Source: Cyanophyceae cyanobacterium
GTDB taxonomy: Bacteria; Cyanobacteriota; Cyanobacteriia; Thermostichales; Thermostichaceae
Length of the DNA stretch: 30,873 nt
NCBI GenBank assembly: GCA_050330615.1
Contig: JBHJNR010000045.1
Span: 1 to 30,873 of the forward strand
Reading direction: 5' to 3'
This document shows, piece after piece, positions 8,320 to 17,476 of this stretch. The position numbers and the translations under genes were made by a program. Each line of letters opens with the position of its first letter. Positions within the stretch are counted from its first letter, which is position 1. The notes under the pieces were generated by a model. That model made no database searches. It saw only the letters and a program-made list of their open reading frames with translations, and was not told where the DNA came from.

Positions 8320-10023
8320 TTAGCGAAAACTCTGCTCTTGAGGAGCGGTCAAGGCAGGCATTTGGCATTCATTGCGCCGCACCAAGACTAAGCCCATTTG
8401 CAGGGCTGGCATCCGCTCATCGATCCAGTTTTCAGGGGGGACAATGCCCTGTAGGCCCAGTTTTTCCAGTCGACTCCTGACCTTACCTGTGGATCCCACC
8501 ACAATTACCTTGCGACCCATCTCGATGGCATCCTGAATGGCATTTTCAATAGCCAAAGAGGAGGTCACCCCCAAGATCGGTACATCTTTTAGATCCACGA
8601 TCAGCACTTCATAGTTGGGCAGGGCATTGTGTTCGCGGGCAATCGCCTTGGCCACCCCAAAGATCATCGGGCCGCTGAGGTGGAGCAACAGCATTTTCCC
8701 CTTGGCCAAATCCAAAATCAGCTTCTCATCCGGTGTGAGCACAATCTGGTCATCGGCCACCGTGATGGTCTGCACCGCTTGGGACTGCAACTCATCCAGA
8801 CGGGCAATGGTGAGGATATTGGCAATAAAGACCCCCACCGCCACCGCCACCATCAGATCGACAAAAACCGTCAGCGCTACCACGCTGTAGACGATGGCAG
8901 CAGCCTTCCAGGAAATCAGATGGACACGCTTCAGGAAACCCCAATCGAGAATATCGATCCCGACCTTGAGGACGATGCCCGCCAAAACCGCCAATGGGAT
9001 CCCAGAGGTCAGAGGCGCAGCCCACAGTACAACTATCAACAAAACCAAGGCGCGACTGATCCCCGACAGGGCTGTGCGTCCCCCCGCTTGAATATTGACC
9101 ACTGTGGCGGTGGTGGCTCCAGATCCGGCCAACCCTCCACATAATCCGGTGATCAGGTTGGCAATACCCTGGCCGACTAACTCTTTGTTGGACTGATGTT
9201 CGGTGCGGGTCAAGCTATCGGAGACTAAGCAGGTCAACAGGCAATCGATGCAGCCCACCATCGCCAGCACCATGGCATTGACAAACACCAGTCGCAGGGT
9301 GCCAGCAGTGAACATCGGCATCTGAAAATCGGGCCAGCCCGGTGTGATCTCGCCAATAGTGGCAATCGTGCGGATGTCCACATTCCCCAACAGCGTCATG
9401 GAAACCAGCGTTCCCACCACCAAGGCAATCAGCTGGGGCGGAACGACTTTTTTGAGGGAGCTGGGATACGTAAACAGAATCGCCAAGGTCAGGGATCCCA
9501 GGGCCAGTTCCCAGATATTGATATTGGCTAGCAAGTTCGGCAGACTTTGCAGCACCCCCAAAACGCCCCCAGGCGGGGTGGGTTGTCCTAAAAAGGGAGC
9601 AATCTGCATAAAGATTAAAATCACCCCAATCCCGGTCATAAAGCCCGAGATCACGTTGTAGGGCAACATCGTAATATAACGACCCAGCTTCAATAGACCA
9701 AAGCCAATCTGAAAGAGTCCGGCCAACATCACAACGGTGAAGGATAACGCCAGACCATTTTCGGGGCTGGCCGCAGTGGTCTCGGCCACCACAGCCGTAA
9801 TGATCACCGTCATCGGCCCGGTCGGCTCGGAGATCAGGCTGGGGGTACCGCCAAAGAGGGCAGCAAAGAAGCCGATCAAGATTGCCCCCCACAAGCCTGA
9901 CGAGGCTCCTGCTCCCGAGGCAATCCCAAAAGCCAATGCCAGCGGCAGTGCCACGATGGCGGCAGTCAGGCCACCCAGCACATCGCCTTTGACATTATCA
10001 AAGCTGATTCTATTCAACATCAT
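8320..10023 (-). CDS. bicA: SulP/SLC26-family bicarbonate transporter, BicA-type, with C-terminal STAS domain
   Basis: GDVLGGLTAAIVALPLALAFG, LISEPTGPMTV, SNKELVGQG and LSGPMIFGVAKAIAREHNA closely follow the cyanobacterial BicA sequence as I recall it. Confidence 0.85.
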   Translation of the reverse strand: MMLNRISFDNVKGDVLGGLTAAIVALPLALAFGIASGAGASSGLWGAILIGFFAALFGGTPSLISEPTGPMTVIITAVVAETTAASPENGLALSFTVVMLAGLFQIGFGLLKLGRYITMLPYNVISGFMTGIGVILIFMQIAPFLGQPTPPGGVLGVLQSLPNLLANINIWELALGSLTLAILFTYPSSLKKVVPPQLIALVVGTLVSMTLLGNVDIRTIATIGEITPGWPDFQMPMFTAGTLRLVFVNAMVLAMVGCIDCLLTCLVSDSLTRTEHQSNKELVGQGIANLITGLCGGLAGSGATTATVVNIQAGGRTALSGISRALVLLIVVLWAAPLTSGIPLAVLAGIVLKVGIDILDWGFLKRVHLISWKAAAIVYSVVALTVFVDLMVAVAVGVFIANILTIARLDELQSQAVQTITVADDQIVLTPDEKLILDLAKGKMLLLHLSGPMIFGVAKAIAREHNALPNYEVLIVDLKDVPILGVTSSLAIENAIQDAIEMGRKVIVVGSTGKVRSRLEKLGLQGIVPPENWIDERMPALQMGLVLVRRNECQMPALTAPQEQSFR

Positions 10024-10044
10024 GGGCCTACTTTTTTAATTTAA

Positions 10045-10076
10045 TAAGGACAGATTTTGTTAAGGACAGATCTTGT
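10045..10076. repeat. 16-bp tandem direct repeat just upstream of bicA
   Basis: taaggacagattttgt (10045-10060) and taaggacagatcttgt (10061-10076), 15/16 identical. Confidence 0.7.
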
Positions 10077-10117
10077 GGGCTTGATTTCCCAAAAGCTTAG
10101 ACACTAAAACTATTCGG

Positions 10118-10990
10118 CTAACGAAACAATAACACCGGAATCTGAGCAGTTCGCAACAATTGCTCCGTAGTGCTGCCGATCACCAGGTGGCGAATGCGAC
10201 GGTGGCCATAGGCTCCCATCAGTAGCAGACTGATCTGCTGCTGCTCCACATACTGAGAGATCACCTGTTCGGGATCCCCCACGATGATGTGGACAACGGG
10301 ATCCAATCCGGCTGACTTCAGGGTCTCGACTGCCGCATCCCGCTCTTGCTTCTTTTGGTCAGATCGGGCATCGGCTTCTGACTTGGCCACCATCACCAGA
10401 TGGATCCCTAACCCATGCAGACCGGAGGCTTGAGCCAAAAAGGCGAGCAGCTTCTGACCGGTGGGGCTGCCATCGTAGGCCACCAACAGACGTTCTAGGG
10501 GGACAAAAGTTAGGGGGGTGACCAGACAGGGCTTGCTGCTACTGCGGATGATCCGATCGACATTCGCCCCCAAGTGTCCGGAGGCAAAGGTTGCCGCCTC
10601 CCCCCGTTTGCCTAGCACCACCAGATCGGCTGTCTCCTCAAACTCATGAAAACAGTCCACTAGGAAGCCCGTTTTGTTGATCATCTCAACGGTTTCTACT
10701 CCCTCTGCTTTCAATCTTTCTTCCGCATAGTTGAGGATGAGCCGGGCTCGTTTGTTATTAAGCTTTGCTTTTTCGTGTTCCAGATTGACCAACTCAGTCA
10801 GCAGGCTTTCGGCAGCCCCTAGGCCAATACTGCCGCTAAAATTGCCAGTGGAAACCACCTGTTGGCTGCGAATATCAGTGACATAAAGCACCTTAAGTTG
10901 AGCCTGAAACTGATTTGAAAACCAAGCACCATAGCGATAAATGGTGTCTGCAAAGGAGGATCCATCTGAACAGAGAAGAATTGTTTTCAT
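10118..10990 (-). CDS. Universal stress protein (tandem UspA domains)
   Basis: N-terminal ILLCSDGS, ADLVVLGKRG, RLLVAYDGS and C-terminal LLLMGAYGHRRIRHLVIGSTTEQLLR...PVLLFR. Confidence 0.9.
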   Translation of the reverse strand: MKTILLCSDGSSFADTIYRYGAWFSNQFQAQLKVLYVTDIRSQQVVSTGNFSGSIGLGAAESLLTELVNLEHEKAKLNNKRARLILNYAEERLKAEGVETVEMINKTGFLVDCFHEFEETADLVVLGKRGEAATFASGHLGANVDRIIRSSSKPCLVTPLTFVPLERLLVAYDGSPTGQKLLAFLAQASGLHGLGIHLVMVAKSEADARSDQKKQERDAAVETLKSAGLDPVVHIIVGDPEQVISQYVEQQQISLLLMGAYGHRRIRHLVIGSTTEQLLRTAQIPVLLFR

Positions 10991-11084
10991 GATGACAATG
11001 AGCTACTACATAACAGTCTGCAAGGTTAAATTCAAAGAAATGACTCTCTCAGCTCATAGAGGGATCCCTATCCATCTGGAGAGT

Positions 11085-12554
11085 CTATTTTTTGGCTGCA
11101 ACAAGTTCCTGGTTGGGCACGATCCGATCCACCAAGGTGGCGCTGGCATCGTTCAGACCAATCACATTCACCTCTGCCCCATTGCGGCGAAAGGTCTGTA
11201 CTGCCTTGTTTAAACTCTCTACCGCCCCCTGATCCCAAAGATGAGCCTGAGTCAGGTCAATGGTCACTTCCTCCACCAGCTCGGTGAAGTCAAAGGCCAG
11301 CATGAAGTCTTCCTTGGACAAGAAAAAGATCTGGCCAGAGACACGATAGATGCGATGGGATCCCTCGTTGATCAAGCTCTTTTCCACCAACACCAACTGG
11401 GCAATTTTGCGGGAGAAGAAGATCGTGCTCATCACGATCCCAGTTACGACTCCGAGGGCAAAGTTGCGGGTGGAGATAGTCACAACCATCGTTGTGATCA
11501 TGACCGCAGTTTCTGTGCGAGGGATCCGGTTAATGTTTTTGATTGATGACCAGCGAAAGGTACCGATGGAGACCATAATCATGACCGCCACCAAAGCAGC
11601 CATCGGCATTTGACGAACCCAGTCCTGCAAAAACAAGATGGCTCCCAGCAAAAATACCCCAGCCGCTAGGGTGGAGAGCCGCCCTCGTCCGCCCGATTGA
11701 ACGTTGATCACCGATTGGCCAATCATGCCGCAGCCCGCCATGCCGCCAAAGAAGGCTGTCACCATATTGGCGATCCCCTGGCCCTTGGCTTCTTGATTTT
11801 TGTCGCTGGGGGTATCGGTCAACTCATCCACCAGTGAGGCTGTGAGGAAGGAGGCCAACAGGCCCACAATCGCTAAGGTGAAGGAATAAGGCAAGATGAT
11901 TTGCAGGGTTTCCCAACTCAAAGGCACTTGAGGCAGGGCAAATAAGGGGGGTGTGGTGGGCAGCTCTCCCATATCGCCGACAGTGGGCACCTCCAGCCCC
12001 AGCGTAATCGCCGCCGTGGTCATGACCGCCAAGGCAACCAGTGGGGACGGCACCGCCTTGGTGAACCGGGGCAGGATATAGATGATGGCCAGTGACAACA
12101 AGGTGAGGATATAAACCGTGGGGGGAACATTGGTCAGCTGGGGCAACTGCGCCAAAAAGATCAAGATGGCCAGGGCATTGATATAGCCCAACACCACCGC
12201 CCGAGGCACATACTTAATTTGCCGACCCAGCTTAAAGACCCCAAACAGCAGCTGAAAGATCCCGGTCAGGAAGGTGGCCGCTAGCAGATACTCCAGGCCG
12301 TGATCTCTGACAAGATCCACCATCAGCAGAGCCATAGCCCCGGTGGCCGCAGAAATGGATCCCGGTCGTCCTCCCAAAAAGGCTGTGATCACTGCAATGA
12401 TGAAAGAGGTATACAGCCCCACCTTGGGATCCACCCCGGCAATGATGGAGAAAGCGATTGCCTCTGGGATCAAGGCGAGGCCGACCACCGCCCCCGCCAT
12501 CAGATCTTGTTTGGTATTGGAGAACCACTCTCGTTTCAACGTTTGGACGTTCAA
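11085..12554 (-). CDS. SulP-family inorganic anion transporter with short STAS domain (USP-associated subfamily)
   Basis: [38 protein letters not shown] and [11 protein letters not shown]. The TTG start is preceded by GAGGAGG on the minus strand. Confidence 0.9.
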   Translation of the reverse strand: MNVQTLKREWFSNTKQDLMAGAVVGLALIPEAIAFSIIAGVDPKVGLYTSFIIAVITAFLGGRPGSISAATGAMALLMVDLVRDHGLEYLLAATFLTGIFQLLFGVFKLGRQIKYVPRAVVLGYINALAILIFLAQLPQLTNVPPTVYILTLLSLAIIYILPRFTKAVPSPLVALAVMTTAAITLGLEVPTVGDMGELPTTPPLFALPQVPLSWETLQIILPYSFTLAIVGLLASFLTASLVDELTDTPSDKNQEAKGQGIANMVTAFFGGMAGCGMIGQSVINVQSGGRGRLSTLAAGVFLLGAILFLQDWVRQMPMAALVAVMIMVSIGTFRWSSIKNINRIPRTETAVMITTMVVTISTRNFALGVVTGIVMSTIFFSRKIAQLVLVEKSLINEGSHRIYRVSGQIFFLSKEDFMLAFDFTELVEEVTIDLTQAHLWDQGAVESLNKAVQTFRRNGAEVNVIGLNDASATLVDRIVPNQELVAAKK

Positions 12555-13154
12555 GGATCCTCCTCAGGATGTTGATGGGATAAGGGATATACAGATCAAG
12601 CAAACAAAACTCAAGTTAGTAGCCAAGAGCCGGTTCGTTTCATCACCCCGCAGGCTGAAACTAAAACTCTAAGTTTTCCAATCGTATGGGTTGAATCTTG
12701 ATAGATCTGTTGTGCTGGTTGCGATTTTGCCAGTCTTGGTGTGGATCCGGAGAGTGGCACGGCGGGGATCCAACCGAAACGTGGCATATGTTCAAGTCCA
12801 ACCCTTGGGCACAGAGCGCGTCTACCCCCCCCTAGACAGGCCTACTAGATAAGATTGATCTCAATTAATCTCAGTTGCAATGGCTGGCTACTTTTACCGC
12901 AATCGCAATCCTGAAGATCATGAGGTCACGAATTTTAAGGTCGAGTGATCCGCATGTCAACAAACCTTAGGAAACTTACACAAAATATCTGCCAGACCTA
13001 CTATACTCCTTAACATCTCACTCTGACTTGGGGATTTTGATCGAATCATCCTTGGCGTTGTTGTCTTGGTACGCGGCTCGGAACAGTTCTATGGGATCCC
13101 GCTGGAGAGGTTAGCCTGAAGAGGTGCCCCCGACGTGTGTATTCCCGCAAAACT

Positions 13155-15869
13155 ATGACGTTTGTTTCTCCCCTCAGCCTCACCACAACACCAGCCCACC
13201 TCCCCACAGACCCTGAGGGATCCCGGTGTGTTGACCTCGATAGCCTGCTGAATATGGAGATCCAGCGACCGGCCCGCTACCTAGGCAAAGAATTTGGTGC
13301 CGCCCGCAAACCCTGGGAATCTGCCACTGTCCGTTGGATCCTGTCCTACCCCGAGATGTATGAGGTGGGAGCCTCCAACCTAGGCCACATCATCCTCTAC
13401 AACATTCTCAATGCCCAGCTCGACCAACTCTGTGACCGGGTCTATCTGCCCGGATCCGATCTGATCGACCGACTCAGAACCCGAGGGATCCCGTTGTTTG
13501 GGGTGGAGTCTCGCCGTCCCATGCGGGATTTTCACATCGTTGGCTTCAGCTTGGCCTATGAACTGGGGGGCACCAATGTCTTGGAGATGTTGGATCTGGC
13601 CGGGATCCCGCTGACATGGGCAGAGCGTCAAGCGATGCCCCTGGCCGAGTGCCCGCTGATCTTTGCGGGGGGGCCGACCGCCAGCTCTAACCCGGAGCCT
13701 TTTGCTGAATTCTTCGACTTTTTTGCCCTGGGGGATGGAGAGGATATCCTGCCCGAGATCGGGCAAGTCTTGGCCGAGAACCTAGATCGCCCTCGCCGGG
13801 AGGTATTGCTGGCATTGGCTCAGGTGCCAGGGGTCTATGTGCCCCAGTTTTATGAAGGAATGCCCCCTCAGCCAGTGGTCAAAGGGGTGCCCGAGCGAAT
13901 CCTACGCCGGGTGGCGATGCCTCGGCCTGAGTATTCCATCGGCCTGGTGCCCTATGTGGAAACGGTGCATGATCGCCTCACGATGGAAGTCCGGCGCGGG
14001 TGTACGCGGGGCTGTCGCTTTTGTCAGCCGGGGATGCTGACCCGTCCCGCCCGTGATGTGGATCCCGATCAACTGGTCAATGCCATCGCGGAGGGGATCA
14101 AACAGACCGGCTATGACGAGTTTTCGCTCTCCTCTCTGAGCTGCTCGGACTATCTCTCTCTGCCCTCCGTCGGGGCACAACTACAAGAAAGACTGGGATC
14201 CCAGCAGATCGCTCTGTCATTGCCCAGCCAACGGGTAGATCGCTTTGATGACCAACTGGCCGAGATCATGGGGGGATCCCGGCGTCCCAGCCTCACCTTT
14301 GCCCCAGAAGCAGGCACCCAACGGCTGCGGGACATCATCAATAAGGGGCTGACGGATGCCGATCTGGTGCGGGGCATCACCACCGCCGCCCGCCAAGGCT
14401 GGAAAAAGGTCAAGCTCTATTTCATGATCGGCCTGCCTGGGGAGACCGATGGAGATGTGATCGGCATTGCCCACACGATGGAACTGCTGAAGCGATCCTG
14501 TGCTGAGCTGGGTCGTCACCGGATGCAATTCACCCTGACGATTTCTAACTTTACCCCCAAGCCTCATACCCCATTTCAGTGGTTCCGGGTGGACTATGAC
14601 GACATCGTCCGCAAGCAAAATCTGCTGAAACAGCACCTGCGACCCCTGCGTGGCGTCAAGGCCAACTACACCGATGTGCGGTTCTCAATCTTAGAAGACT
14701 TGGTGGGCAAAGGAGATCGCCGCCTCAGCGCCATGATTCGAGCCGCCTGGGAAACGGGAGCAGGCATGGATAGCTGGTGGGAAAACATTGATGCCGCCTA
14801 TACCGCCTGGGTCAAAGCCTACGCCGCCACAGGTGAGCAGCCCAGCGATGCCACCGGACTGCCCATCCATACGTTTGATTTAGAGGATCCCTTGCCCTGG
14901 GATCATCTCGACACCGGCATTCTCAAGTCGTGGCTGAAAAAAGACTACCAGAAAGCCCTGGAAGCCATGACCGTGCCGGATTGCTCGTTTGAAGGCTGCT
15001 CCGCTTGTGGCATCTGTGGCTCCGAGTTTGGTCACAATATCGTTTTGCCCCCCGCTCCGTTGCCAGAACGCCGCACCGCCAAATGGGATCCCAAGTCTGA
15101 GCCAATCCCTGCCGCCCAACGGTTTCGGCTGGTCTATGGCAAGCTGGGTGATCTGCGCTGGCTGGGACATCTGGACTTGATGCGGCTGTGGGATCGAGCC
15201 TGTCGGCGGGCGGGCTTACCGATTGCCTTTACGGGCGGCTTTCACCCCACCCCCAAGATCGCTGCCGCCAATGCTTTGCCGATGGGCTATGCCAGCCATG
15301 GGGAGGTGCTGGATATTGAGCTGACGGCTGTGGAGATATTTGGCACGGTCATCCGCCTGACCCCAGAGGATATTCAGCGAAAACTGAGCGTCCAATTGCC
15401 AGATGAGATCGTGCTCGAACGGGTAGAGGAGATCCCTCTCAATGCTCCATCTGGTACCCAAGCTCTGATCGCCGCAGAATATGCCCTAACCATTCAGGCG
15501 GTGGGGCTAGCTGCTGGCCAGGGATCCCTGGATTGGGATAGCTGGGTCAAGCGGATCCAGGATGCCGAGGCGATCTGGCTAGAGCGCACTACTAAGTCGG
15601 GGCGAACCCTCCAGTTTGAGGCCCGTTCCCTGCTCTACCACATTGCCTGCATCCAAGTGAGGGATCCCCAAGGTGGCAATCTGGGGGAGGCGGTGATTAC
15701 CTATCGAGGCTGCTGCCGTAACGATGGCACCTTCTTGGCTCCCCGCTATGTGGTGGAGATGCTGCAACAACAGGCTCCCGAGGGGATCCATCTGGATCTC
15801 AGCCAAGCCCAGCGGCTGCGACTATTGCTAGATGAGGTTCGGATAGAGACCGAGGAGTTGTGTTACTGA
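13155..15869 (+). CDS. Radical SAM protein of TIGR03960 type fused to a C-terminal TIGR03936/DUF2344-type domain
   Basis: CxxxCxxC (GCTRGCRFC), N-terminal RPARYLG/YPEMYEVGASNLG, a second Cys cluster CSFEGCSACGIC, and C-terminal LRWLGHLDLMRLWDRACRRAGLPIAFTGGFHPTPK. The ORF track start is 13137. Confidence 0.85.
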   Translation: MTFVSPLSLTTTPAHLPTDPEGSRCVDLDSLLNMEIQRPARYLGKEFGAARKPWESATVRWILSYPEMYEVGASNLGHIILYNILNAQLDQLCDRVYLPGSDLIDRLRTRGIPLFGVESRRPMRDFHIVGFSLAYELGGTNVLEMLDLAGIPLTWAERQAMPLAECPLIFAGGPTASSNPEPFAEFFDFFALGDGEDILPEIGQVLAENLDRPRREVLLALAQVPGVYVPQFYEGMPPQPVVKGVPERILRRVAMPRPEYSIGLVPYVETVHDRLTMEVRRGCTRGCRFCQPGMLTRPARDVDPDQLVNAIAEGIKQTGYDEFSLSSLSCSDYLSLPSVGAQLQERLGSQQIALSLPSQRVDRFDDQLAEIMGGSRRPSLTFAPEAGTQRLRDIINKGLTDADLVRGITTAARQGWKKVKLYFMIGLPGETDGDVIGIAHTMELLKRSCAELGRHRMQFTLTISNFTPKPHTPFQWFRVDYDDIVRKQNLLKQHLRPLRGVKANYTDVRFSILEDLVGKGDRRLSAMIRAAWETGAGMDSWWENIDAAYTAWVKAYAATGEQPSDATGLPIHTFDLEDPLPWDHLDTGILKSWLKKDYQKALEAMTVPDCSFEGCSACGICGSEFGHNIVLPPAPLPERRTAKWDPKSEPIPAAQRFRLVYGKLGDLRWLGHLDLMRLWDRACRRAGLPIAFTGGFHPTPKIAAANALPMGYASHGEVLDIELTAVEIFGTVIRLTPEDIQRKLSVQLPDEIVLERVEEIPLNAPSGTQALIAAEYALTIQAVGLAAGQGSLDWDSWVKRIQDAEAIWLERTTKSGRTLQFEARSLLYHIACIQVRDPQGGNLGEAVITYRGCCRNDGTFLAPRYVVEMLQQQAPEGIHLDLSQAQRLRLLLDEVRIETEELCY

Positions 15870-15934
15870 GCTATTGGCAGTGACGTAGCCCCAACAGTGT
15901 CTGTCAATACTCATGGACGGGTGTGTAGGTGGGT

Positions 15935-15969
15935 GATTTACAAGTAAATCATTACAATGGCTTGTAAAT
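15935..15969. promoter_or_regulatory. Nested inverted repeats upstream of the Fic gene (possible operator)
   Basis: gatttac-aa-gtaaatc (15935-15950) and atttacaag-N16-cttgtaaat (15936-15969). Confidence 0.35.
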
Positions 15970-15991
15970 ATTGGCGTGAGTAAACAGTATA

Positions 15992-17455
15992 ATGTGGCAA
16001 CCGATAGAAGATTTACCGCTAGATTGGCAAAATTTGGCAAATTCTGAGTTGCCACCTCTTGTAACTGTTTGGAATGAGCAATCAGAACGACTGCGTCAAT
16101 CGGGTGAATTTCAAGCTTTCAATGAGAAGCTACTTAGAGAAATAGCAATTGAGACTGGAATAATCGAGCGTTTATACACAATAGATCGTGGCATTACTCG
16201 ATTGCTAATTGAACAGGGAATTAATGAGGCACTAATTCCTCATGGAACTACAGATCGCCCGGTTAAACAGATAATTTCTCTCATCAAAGATCAAGAGGCT
16301 GCAATTGAGGGATTGTTTAATTTTGTAGGCGGGCAAAGGCTGTTATCAACTTCCTACATCAAGGAGTTGCATCAACTCTTAACTCAGAGCCAAGAAAGTA
16401 CAGAAGCCTTAGATCCAAATACCAACAAGATGTTTAGTGTGTTTTTACTCAGAGGTGACTGGAAACGTCAACCAAATAATCCATTACGACCAGATGGCTC
16501 TGTTCATGAGTATTGCCCTCCTGAACATGTTGCATCTGAGATGGATAGACTAATCTCTCTTCATCACCAGCATCGTGATCAGAACGTTCCTCCTGAAGTT
16601 GAATCTGCGTGGTTGCATCATCGATTTACACAAATTCATCCATTTCAAGATGGGAATGGTCGTGTTGCTCGTTGCTTAGCAAGTTTAGTATTCATTCAAG
16701 CCAGTTGGTTTCCTCTAATCCTTACTCGCGATGATCGAGCAATCTACATAGCGGCTTTGGAAGGAGCTGATCAAGGTAATTTATCAGGTCTGATCAATCT
16801 CTTTTCTAAGAGTCAAAAGCAAGCCTTTGTAAGAAGCCTTGGATTGTCTGAGCAAGTCTTATCAGAGACACGGCGTACTCAGGTTGTCATTTCCTCGATA
16901 GCAGAAAAACTGAGGCGGAATCAATCATCATCCATCCAGGAGAAATGCAAAAAAGCGGAAAGAATTGCTTCTGTATTATTTGATAAAGCTGCCAGCCGTC
17001 TCGAAGATGTAGCTGATGAAATCAAACTGTCTGTCCAGGATTTTGTGAATGATGCGCAAGTCTTTACGGTTTCTGCAGCTGCTGGAGATCCTCGCGCGCA
17101 CTACCATCGTTATCAAGTTGTGGAAACAGCTAAACAGTTAAGTTACTTTGCCGACCTTCGTAACTACCATACTTGGATTCGATTGGTTATTAAAGTAGAG
17201 ACATCAACTATGTTTTTGCTTTCATTTCATGTTCTAGGACATGAATACCGAGGATTGCTGGTATGTACCGCATGTGCCTACCATAGAGAAGAGTCTGAAG
17301 AGGGTGAGCGTAATATTAGTGATATTCAACCTTTGTCAGATTCCCTATTCCAGTTTTCCTATGCAGATGAAGAAGAAAACCTAGTTGAACGTTTCAAACA
17401 ATGGTTAGAAGATGTAATATTGACTGGCTTGGAATATTGGAATAAAAGCATTTAA
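15992..17455 (+). CDS. Fic (Fido) domain protein with long C-terminal extension
   Basis: Canonical HPFQDGNGRVAR catalytic motif. The gene is visibly AT-rich relative to its flanks. Confidence 0.9.
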   Translation: MWQPIEDLPLDWQNLANSELPPLVTVWNEQSERLRQSGEFQAFNEKLLREIAIETGIIERLYTIDRGITRLLIEQGINEALIPHGTTDRPVKQIISLIKDQEAAIEGLFNFVGGQRLLSTSYIKELHQLLTQSQESTEALDPNTNKMFSVFLLRGDWKRQPNNPLRPDGSVHEYCPPEHVASEMDRLISLHHQHRDQNVPPEVESAWLHHRFTQIHPFQDGNGRVARCLASLVFIQASWFPLILTRDDRAIYIAALEGADQGNLSGLINLFSKSQKQAFVRSLGLSEQVLSETRRTQVVISSIAEKLRRNQSSSIQEKCKKAERIASVLFDKAASRLEDVADEIKLSVQDFVNDAQVFTVSAAAGDPRAHYHRYQVVETAKQLSYFADLRNYHTWIRLVIKVETSTMFLLSFHVLGHEYRGLLVCTACAYHREESEEGERNISDIQPLSDSLFQFSYADEEENLVERFKQWLEDVILTGLEYWNKSI

Positions 17456-17476
17456 ATAGTATTGATACAGACCACC

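Noticed and set aside
15988-15993. TATAAT -10 box before the Fic gene
   Set aside because: It overlaps the ATG itself and has no properly spaced -35. It would only fit a downstream start, for which I see no support.
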